Below are positions 54,959 to 64,000 of a DNA stretch of 64,000 bases, in pieces; within the stretch, counting starts at the first letter, position 1, and the number at the start of each line of letters is the position of its first letter. Source of the DNA: Saccostrea echinata (lineage: Eukaryota); NCBI RefSeq assembly GCF_033153115.1, contig NW_026889756.1, forward strand, positions 992,001-1,056,000, in the 5' to 3' direction. The notes beneath the pieces are model-generated. The model was not told the origin of the DNA. It searched no databases and saw only the letters and a program-made list of their open reading frames with translations. A program made the translations under genes and the position numbers.

Positions 54959-55422
54959 TTATTTAGAACACACGATGCAGGTAAGTGGTGTATTATCGAT
55001 ATAAGGGTGGCACCGAAGTGACCCACATTTTGAAACTACAGGATAAATGAGCTTTCCATCCTTATTTTCGATTCCTCCTGGTAATAACTGTATGCTTTCA
55101 TCAACGCAGATATACTCTGTTGCAGCGTTGTGGTTATGAAATCCTGCTCCGAGGTATCCCTTATACTGCATTGTCCATCCTTTATAACACGATGTTCTGG
55201 CAGGAATCATGATAGAAAAAGATCCTTTTTCCACTTGACATACACTGCATGGGACGTCTTGCTGATGAGCATTCCCTCCAAAAAGATTACTTTCATATTC
55301 AGTTCCATAAACAAAAGCCAAATCTTTGGTTGCTTTTCGATCTCCCCATTGTGGATCCTCTGGAAGACAGAGGAAATTCGATGCTGCACCTTTATGTGTA
55401 TAATGTGAGCCTCCAGCATAAC
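54959..55422 (-). CDS. Gene C terminal exon: short-chain collagen C4-like (spongin NC1-related) Cys-rich domain
   Basis: GYAGGSHYTHKGAASNFLCLPEDPQW...YGTEYE...DVPCSVC...MIPARTSC..GW...Y.GYL...EYICVD...CGSLRCHPY...LTCIVCSK*; acceptor ttacag|GT in phase 1. Confidence 0.9.
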
Positions 55423-55531
55423 CTGTAATCACGTTTATCGATAGAAATTTAATTGATGATGAACACTAAGCCTGAGTTTTTGTAGCAGAAAAAAGCTAGA
55501 CAGAAAGTGTAGCAATTTTTTTTTTCAAAAC

Positions 55532-55567
55532 CTTTATAAACAAGAGTTGATCTGGTGAATACAGATC
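55532..55567 (-). CDS. Gene C 36-nt micro-exon (GSVFTRSTLVYKG)
   Basis: ttcattcacag|GA...AAAG|gttttg, phase 1-1; joins the flanking exons in frame. Confidence 0.7.
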
Positions 55568-55844
55568 CTGTGAATGAAAAGATAAATAAAATTAGATAAA
55601 GGCATCCTTATGTATAAAATGTAAATACGAGGATCTTTTTTTCTTTTTTTATAATCTTTTAAGCATTCTTTTATCGTTTCATCATTATTTTGGTTAAATG
55701 GGTGGGATACTAACGAAAATGTTGAAGGCTTGGATGCTTCTATAACAAGACAACACTAAAATAGGAATACAAAGGAGGAGTTGAAATAATTTTTTTTAAT
55801 TTAAAGTAATTTTTATAGTATTCATCACATCCCTAACAGTAAAC

Positions 55845-56140
55845 TATGGAAAATCAATACCCAAAGTTATCACTATATATGTAGTAAATCAAAGTTTTCA
55901 AAGTTATCACTATACATGTAGTAAATCAAAGTTTTCAAAGTTATCACTATAGTAAATCAAAGTTTTCAAAAGTATCACTATAGTGTCATAGTGATCGCTA
56001 TAGATAATCAATTTGCCAAAGTTATCATTATAGTAACTCTGAGTGTCATAGTTATCACAATATACATGTAGTTAATCAAAATGTCAAAGATATTACTGTA
56101 GAAAATCAAAGTTTTTAAAGTGATAACTATAGTAAATTAA
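55845..56140. repeat. Degenerate repeat cluster of about 30 bp (aaagttatcactatagtaaatc)
   Basis: Seen directly; a second cluster lies at 59575-59750. Confidence 0.8.
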
Positions 56141-56859
56141 AGCGTGAACTTCGTAATGGCGTACGGCGCCATAGAACACTGTTGAAGAAGTGTCATTTCT
56201 AATACATGATATTCACTAGAACAGATAGAAGATATGCAGGATTTGTTTAAAAAATGATTTATCAACATACTGAAGAAGTTGAATTTAAAATTCTCATATT
56301 TATAAATATTTACGAAGTCAAACTTCAGTTATACGTTGTATCTGGTTTTATCTAAGTCCCGAGTTGCCAACGGCTTCTTCGTCGGTGTCTTCTCCTATTA
56401 TCGGCATATATTCTTTGTTATTCCCCTCTGCTAGATGATTGACCGTCCATAATCAAACGAATATCGTCGATGTCAAAATTTCCGCCGAACGTATTGTGTA
56501 GTTTATTTATTTAACGTCAAAATCTATTTGATATATTTTTCTTACGATAAGGTTTACGAGTTCTAATTGACCATTGACACCTATGACGTTTCAGTACCAT
56601 CTGTCCCCTATCTAATTAGTGGAGTATTTTACCTCGAGAACTCTATATTACGGGCGTTTCATCGCCTAATTATAACTGTTTTCAAAATTATTTAATAATT
56701 AAACGATAATTATATGTTTCAAGAATATAATAGTGTTTCATTTTTATGAAATTTAGATACGTGATAAAATTCTTTTAGTGAAAAGGTATTCATTAGATAA
56801 ATAAAAGTTTGCCTCTCGATAAAATTGATGTTTTTTTTTTTATATCATAAATATTGATT

Positions 56860-58645
56860 TAGTTAATGGAAGACTCACCTACATTATGGTTTTTTGATAT
56901 AGTTAATGGGAGGCCCATTGACATAATTATGGTTCATTGATAAAGTTAATGGAAGGCCCACTGATAGTATGGTTAGTTGATATAGTTAATGAAAAACCAA
57001 ATGATATTATGGTTTGTTGATATAGGTAATGGAAGGCCCACTGACATATGGTTTGTTGATACAGTTAATGAAATGCCCACTGAAATCATAGTTTGCTGAT
57101 ATAGTTAATTGAAGGCCAACAGATATATGGTTTGTTGATATAGTTAATAGAAGGCCCACTGATATCATAGTTTATTGATATATATAGTTAATGGAAGACC
57201 CACTGCCATATGGTTTGTTGATATGGTTAATTGAGGTTAATTGAGGGTGCACTGACATTATGGTTTGTTGATATAGCTAATGGAAGACCCACTGACATAT
57301 GGTTTGTTGATATAGTTAATGGAAGGCCCACTGACATATGGTTTGTTGATATAGTTAAGGGGAAGAAGGACCTTGAGCTGAAAAAAAAACTTGTCATTCA
57401 ATTTTTTTATATTGTGTATATTTCTAAATAAGTATGTCCCACATATCTTAAAGCAGAAATATCATTAGGTTTCTGACCTTATTTTCGAGATATTGATTGA
57501 CAAACACTATGTCCTACAGTATCTAAGTGGAGTTTTAATTCTCCATGTTTCCGGGCTCATTACTCTGTCCACGATGGGATTCTTTAAGCATTTATAAAAA
57601 AATATGTAAGTGGACATGTATCTTTTAAAATATTTCAGAGTATGAATAGGGTTTAAAATTCGAAAAAGCAAGTTTCTTCTATCACTCTGCATCTGGATAG
57701 GGAAAATTACGAACTTTTTAAGACAACTTAAACAACAAAAAAACGTAATTTACAAAAAATTCTATCATTCAGTATTTTTAAATTTACCTTGAAATGCAAG
57801 TCCTTCGTATTATTGATTAACCGTAAAAATTTCGAATGGTGAAGCTGACCTCAATATTGCTCAGGACATCGTGAAAGAAGGCATAAGCATGACAAAACCG
57901 TGTCATGTTTACATTTCTAGAGTACGGGAAAAACCAACTATGACGTCACACGTAAGCTAAATAAGCGAAATAAGATATACCTACATAAGATTTCCGTCAT
58001 CAGCAATGCAAAAATAATTTTTGTGTTCTCCGTTTCTCAAAATATTTCATCAATACTGATTATGACCTGTCCTTACATAATAATACCACCCCTGTATTCA
58101 CCGAGTATGATCTTGCTGTACTAACAGATCGTGTATGACGTCACCGACTTGTTGGACGCGCAGTTTAGGGAAAGAGAGGAGAGGATCAAACAATTTCATA
58201 ATTTGTTTATGTTTACAAGAAGGTTAAAACTTTTTATTTTTTTTTATATATAAAATGGTAATCAAAGTAAACAAATTGTCAAATATTAATACAAGAACTG
58301 ATTGTTTACACGTTTTGCACTTATATAAACGGAGACTATGACGTAGTTAAACAGAGTCATGTGACCATGTGTCCTTCATCCCCTTAATGGAAGGCCCATT
58401 GACATTTATTTTGTTGATACAGTGAATGGAAGGGCCACTGACATTAGTGTTTATTGACATATTCAACAGAAGGCCCACTGACATTTTGGTTTGTTGATAA
58501 AGTTATTGGAAGGTCAACTGACTTAATGGTTTGTTGATATAGTTAATGAAAGGTCCACGGACATTAAAGTTTGTTGATACAGTAAGTGGAAGGCCCACTG
58601 ACATTATGGATTATTGATACTGATTTTAGAAGGCCCACTGACATC
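56860..58645. repeat. 39-41-bp minisatellite (gttaatggaaggcccactgacat(t)atggtttgttgatata), interrupted
   Basis: Runs 56860-57358, resumes 58384-58645, with further units at 59393-59460. Confidence 0.9.
57359..58383. mobile_element. Non-autonomous Kolobok-like DNA transposon
   Basis: TIRs GGGGAAGAAGGAC / GTCCTTCATCCCC (12/13 match); TTAA at 57355-57358 and 58384-58387; purine-purine termini. Confidence 0.85.
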
Positions 58646-59574
58646 GCAGCACTATTAAGGCATACAACGAAGAAATCAACGGAATATAAACGTGCATAAA
58701 TACATACCTTTTTAAACTTAATTTATTTTTTAAAGGTACTATATTATCACATAATTTTAATATTTATTGAAACAACATTGTATACCCCGCTCTGTACAGA
58801 ATTTGTTTTGGTCGCGTTATTTGACAGTCACATGATAAATGCATGTAATGTGTACTGTATGTAGGTCATTAACAAATTTCAATATAGCAAGGGCATACTC
58901 TAGTTTGAATTAAAAAATTCAGTAATAAATTGTATCTCTATAACGTAGTTTATGAAAAGTGCTGCTGCTTTATATAGAATTCGCATTTTATTAGTTTAAA
59001 TTTTAAGTTATTTGGCTCTATTTGAAATATGTGTGACTTTACCAAGCATTTTATTTATTTATTTATTAAGTAATGCTCTCGCTTTCAGGAAAGCAGCAGT
59101 ATTTTTCAAGTTAAGGAATGTTTCCCTTATGCATATTCAAAAAATGGTCAAGATCTATTAAGTGTATGCCCTTCCGAAAAGCGATTTACTGAGGCACATC
59201 GGCGTGAAAAATGCAAACCCTGTACACAAAAACACGGTAGAATTAATTCAATGCATTCTTTCGATAGTTTTTATAAAATGGCACTAAACAAAGGTTTTAT
59301 TAATGGTCTACCTAAGATTTGCAAATAATATTCTGTTTAATAATAAAATTTGATTTTCACAGAACAAAAAATGATTCGCCTCACACTGCACATTGAAGGC
59401 CCACTGACATTATGGTTTCTTGATATAGTTAATCGAAGACCCACCGACATTATTGTCTATTAGTATGATTCATTATATAGCTAGTTAGTCAAAGTATCCA
59501 AATACAATTAAGCAGTGAAACTTGAAGTATAAAATCATAACGTTATTCTCAACATATAAATCACATATGCGTGA

Positions 59575-59750
59575 TAACTGCTGTAAATCAATTTTTGAAG
59601 TTATCACTTAAGTAAGTCAATTTTTTCAAAGTTATCACTTAAGTAAATCAATTTTCAAAGTTATCACTATAGTATCATAGTGATCACTATAGTAAATCAA
59701 AGTTTCAAAGTTATCACTGTAGTTTCTACAGTGTCAAAGTCATTTCTATA
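59575..59750. repeat. Second cluster of the aaagttatcact repeat
   Basis: Same unit and orientation as 55845-56140. Confidence 0.8.
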
Positions 59751-59949
59751 ATAAAGTATAATTCATTATAGGTTTAGGCTTGATTAAGGTTCGTTAACTT
59801 CATATTTCATAGTTTACTACTACAGTTTTTTTCGCATTAGGATGCTACACGTGAACTCGTCATGTTTAGTTGAGTTCATAATTTCAAAGGAACAAATGAA
59901 ATATGCCTTCCACCTCTCAGAATTTTCCATGACACACGGATAACAATAA

Positions 59950-60100
59950 AATATGGAGATAACGATAAGTATTCAAGCTCAAAGTCCATTAAAACAATAC
60001 ATATCGGGAGCAGAGCAAACACGGACCTCCAAAAACATCAGAGATGGGACCATGAAGGAGTTAGCATTCCCTGCCTACCGGTCACACCCGCCGTGTGCTT
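59950..60100 (-). mobile_element. Penelope-like 3' UTR relic
   Basis: Reverse complement gcacacggcgggtgtgaccggtaggcagggaatgctaactcc...ggtccgtgtttgc. Confidence 0.65.
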
Positions 60101-60112
60101 CTTGTTATGAAA

Positions 60113-60220
60113 ATTTATTGGGAAATGAAGTGGGTTGGTAAGTGATCAAATCTTCTGAGAAGGCATTCAGCCTTCACAGGATTTGATCACGTGACCGACC
60201 CACTTCATTTCCCAGTGAAG
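60113..60220. mobile_element. Imperfect palindromic MITE-like element
   Basis: tgggaaatgaagtgggttggtaagtgatcaaatc..gaaggc-attca-gccttc..gatttgatcacgtgaccgacccacttcatttccca. Confidence 0.65.
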
Positions 60221-60274
60221 TTTTTAAACTTATTATTTTTTTAAACATAATTTTGAAAGGAGAGAGAAAATAAA

Positions 60275-60440
60275 TGAAATAGGTGGAGATTACAGTAATC
60301 GATCTCGAAAAAAACTACGAAGAAAAAAAACTATGAACAGAGCATTAAAGACGGACCCTAGAAATTCCAGATATTGGATCAGGTGCTTAGGAGGAATAAG
60401 CATTCGCTATGACGACCGGCCACATTCGCTTTGAGCCATA
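60275..60440 (-). mobile_element. Penelope-like 3' UTR relic
   Basis: Reverse complement ...gaatgcttattcctcctaagcacctgatccaatatctggaatttctagggtccgt. Confidence 0.6.
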
Positions 60441-61043
60441 TGTTTTGAATCCTATCGATCATAAACGAATAAATTTCTGGAAGGTGATCTCCTGATACTT
60501 GAAGACTTCAACAGTTTAGAAAAGACGAAAAACACAGAACGGTGAATAATTTGTAAATAAAAACAAGCTCTTCAGTGTTGAAAATACATGTTTAATATCA
60601 AAATATGAATTATACATGTATGTATCATTTGCTTGAACGATGCAAATCTTTGACGAGTGGATATCAATAACCCATACTCTATCTGCATGTGCGAAGCTTA
60701 GTGCACACATAATAAACTGTACGTGCGTGTTTACTCTTTCTTACTGCAGTTGGTGAATCAGTGAACTCACATTGTCTGAAATATACCTGTACAATACCAT
60801 AAACCTTCACAACCCCTTTCCTTTCCCTTAATAAAACCCCCACCTTAAAGGGAAATAAAAAAGAAACGGAAAAAAATGAAAGACTGGCCATTCTCCTTTA
60901 AAAAAAACTTTTTTTGAAAAGGAAAGGAGATATCAATTCCTATAGCAGATACACACAAAAGCCATGTCACTACATACAAAGGCACACTTGACTAAAAATA
61001 GAACTTCCTCTTAACTTAGATGATGGAGAAAACATACACATAC

Positions 61044-61527
61044 CTGTATTTTGTAAGTTGTCAATCTGTAGTTTTCTTTCTTTTTTTTCATTTTCAATAA
61101 CCTTGTTTATTTTCGGAATTTCCTCATGAATGAATTTGGTCGTTATCCCTTCTCGGTCTTGAATACGTTTCTTTTCTATATTGTCAATCTGCAATTGCCT
61201 TTCCTTTTTTTCTTTCTCAAGGATTTTTTCTAAGTCTTGAATGATGCTGTGTGTTTTCTTTTCCTGTTCACGAATCGTATAATTTACAATCAAATTGCAT
61301 TCCTTTAAACGTCTTTTTACTTCCGTTAATTCCATCTGATTTGTTGTTAGATTCGATTCTAAATCTCTAGTTTTCTGCTTAAGGAATGATAGCTCTTCGC
61401 TTGATTCCGTTACCTCGCGGTAGAGATTATAAAGTTTTACTTCAAAAATGTAAGCAGCACCACCAAGAAAGGCTACAATCAGTCCTGTAAGACATTGTTT
61501 AATTGTTCCCTTCTTTGTCATATCCAT
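61044..61527 (-). CDS. Gene C first coding exon: N-terminal membrane anchor/signal plus coiled coil
   Basis: MDMTKKGTIKQCLTGLIVAFLGGAAYIF (basic then hydrophobic), heptad-rich E/K/L segment; donor ACAG|gtatgt in phase 1. Confidence 0.8.
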
Positions 61528-61929
61528 CCAGCATACAAAAAGTACTTTTACAGCCCTGAATATTCTAATCTTGAAGTGTTTGTATACTGTTAAAATCAAG
61601 CACGTCGACGGCAAGGTCGGTAATTTAGCATTAAATAGAAATTTAAATGCAACGAGTTATTGTCTCATGAAAGGTAATACCTCTGTCAACAATTTTATAA
61701 GGTATGCAATGATTATTATGCATGCAATACGTATACGCAATATTTTTTTACAGCATCACTCACGCGTTCAGTTAATAGGGATTGCCTTGACTGATGAAAT
61801 ATGATAACATTCAGGAATTTAAAAAAAATGAAAAGGTATTGTAATACACCTCTGTATATGTAAAGCTTCATATGGGGCAGTGGTATAAAAAATATTAATA
61901 TCTTCTTGTAGTAAGATATTTTAAACTGG

Positions 61930-62070
61930 TCAATATAGCCTAGTGGTATAGCATTTAATTAGTGATTGGGAGGCCCGGGTTCGAAGGCGCCGCGTCAAAC
62001 CTAAGTCTTAAACAAAGGTATTGACTGTATCTTCGCCATGCGCCCGACATTAAAAGTGAAAGTCACGGGT
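61930..62070 (+). mobile_element. 3'-truncated tRNA SINE (head + V-like domain)
   Basis: A box tagcctagtgg, B box gggttcgaa; cgcgtcaaacctaag...cgcccgacattaaaagtgaaagtcacgggt aligns to 42018-42097. Confidence 0.75.
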
Positions 62071-62676
62071 AGGTTACTGACAATGGTTAATTAAAGTAAT
62101 GGATGTGACAAATTATATAGACGATCTGCGACTGATTTTCCTCCTGTTCCAATTGATCATTCATATAAAGGAAAACATTAATACACTTTTTGGTCTGTGC
62201 TATGAAATATTAAGTTACAATGTACAATGATTATTGAGATCCCATATAAGTCATGTTCTCTAGGTAGCATGGGTCAGTAGGCGGTAACCATCGATTGCTA
62301 ATTTCCTTCCGTCTATGTTATGGACCCACGTGCAATACACAAGTATCAGTAATAGAAATTGTTGTTGTCATGTTCCTGCTCGGGAATATGCATTTCTAGT
62401 GCTCGTCACTTGATGTTGATAGAAGTTTCACATAGTTAAAGGCCTTGTTACATTTTGTCCCTCTGTATATATTGTCGACAAAGTGCACATTCCCTCACTG
62501 CACATATTTTCGTCCATTTGTACATAATTATGCGCCAAGACGATCCATTTTTCCCCGCAGAATGGGTGACAAACTGAATACCATACTTATCGGTTAATAA
62601 TGTTGTCGACGACAATATGTGCTGCAAAAATTTGTAAATTTTATTCTCCTAAGTAGTTCCAAATAATGTTATCGTT

Positions 62677-62720
<44 letters not shown>
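62677..62720. repeat. (GA)n microsatellite
   Basis: Seen directly. Confidence 0.95.
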
Positions 62721-62722
<2 letters not shown>

Positions 62723-63360
62723 GTGGTATTTTATTGAGTATTTATTAGACAATTATCTCTCTTCACAACACGTTGTATTATAGATACTAGTATTTTGCAT
62801 TTCATTCAAGTGTTTCTTTCACATAAGATTCTCATCTATCCTCCGTTCCTTTTTATCATTTTCGTTCATTGATCGTCTTCCTGACTGCAGATTTGTTGAA
62901 AATAAACAAGAACATGGCAACGGGTGACTAGGTGTTACGAAGGAGATTTAACAAACTACCATACATCTAATTGGAGTAGGCTGTGCTAATAAGTGCACTT
63001 CTTCATACCTTCTATTTATAGCCCATTACCAAGACATATAAATATGGGTTTTCAACTTCTTTCTACAGCTCCAAATATGGACAAGACACACCCCTACCAG
63101 GAAATAAGTACACTGACCCAGTAAATTAAGTCCTTTATGTTTACTTGTAATTTCAGCAGGGATTTATACATAAAAAGTATACAGATCCCTTACTTCAAAG
63201 ACTCTAGATGTGGAATTTTTTTTATGTATATTACATAAATTAAGATCTATTTTAACTATACGTTTTTTGTTTTTTTTTTTTTTTTTTGTTTTCTTTAAAA
63301 ATCTTTGCCAATAAGCGAGGACATTGCTTAAAGTCGATTGGAATGAAGAGCAAAAAGAAT

Positions 63361-63513
63361 CACAGGTGAAACTCTGCCATTCGGTTAACTGAAAGGTGAC
63401 TCAAAGATTACTGAAAGCTGATCATGACTGAATGGCAGAGCTCTGCCATTCAGTCACTTTTCTAGACCTTTCTGTGAACACTCAGATGACTGAATGACAG
63501 AGGTTCATCTGTG
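63361..63513. mobile_element. 153-bp MITE with CAC...GTG termini and 3-bp TSD (EnSpm/CACTA-like)
   Basis: TIRs cacaggtgaaactctgccattc / gaatgacagaggttcatctgtg; AAT at 63358-63360 and 63514-63516; central perfect 32-bp palindrome at 63425-63456. Confidence 0.75.
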
Positions 63514-64000
63514 AATCAGGTTACTGAAATGAGTCCTATTACCTTTTTTATATTTTAAAACGACAAGCATTTTTATGCAAGCATGTAATTGCATGACAAC
63601 TAGAGATATACATAGTAATTCCTACTTTCAAAGTTCAGACTATAGTGCAGTGCGCTTCATGATATATGACTTCACTGCAATTTTTTGAAATTGGCATATC
63701 AGTGAAATTCACAAAACTAAGGGAAAATCCATAATTAACCTAAATGTGGAGGGACATGTATATGCAGTCGACGATTACAATGTTATCTATATGTAGACAA
63801 TAAGTACAGGACTACAATAATTTTCTTTTGAGCTTTTGTTATGAATCATTCATTTTGATTGATATTAATAGAAAATCAATTTGAAGTATTCCTTTTGATT
63901 GGTACTAAAGAAAATAGATTTGAAATTACAGCACGATCCAGATAAAAGGGGAAACAAATAAAACGTGCTTGGAGCCCGCCCTTGTTTTTCTTCACAATAA

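Overview
AT-rich, intron-containing animal DNA, most likely an oyster (Ostreidae). The basis for that call is a Cg170-like satellite inside a Helentron-type element, bivalve-type tRNA SINEs and a short-chain-collagen-C4-like gene. There are three N gaps. I could hand-splice three protein-coding genes, all on the minus strand and all with phase-consistent junctions. Gene A (22442-11418, about 760 aa) and gene B (43067-38416, about 225-235 aa) are charged, mostly low-complexity proteins I cannot name. They share a short motif, V-x-S-R-x-D-x-x-W-P-x-G-H-K-x-H-x-K, and a weaker (E)V/L-L-x-x-I-R motif; gene B also has two TQT (LC8-type) sites. Gene C (61527-54959, about 327 aa) is a membrane anchor plus coiled coil plus short-chain-collagen-C4-like domain, and its 36-nt micro-exon lacks the family's usual WGxxxCP segment. 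The rest is mostly transposon-derived. It includes a 5'-truncated, frameshifted RTE-X-like LINE, four tRNA SINE copies and six Penelope-like 3'-end relics that share a foldable motif of about 100 nt. It also holds Helentron-type elements carrying satellites, several TIR/TSD-defined MITEs and a three-layer nested insertion at 44667-48270. All family assignments come from recalled motifs, not database searches.
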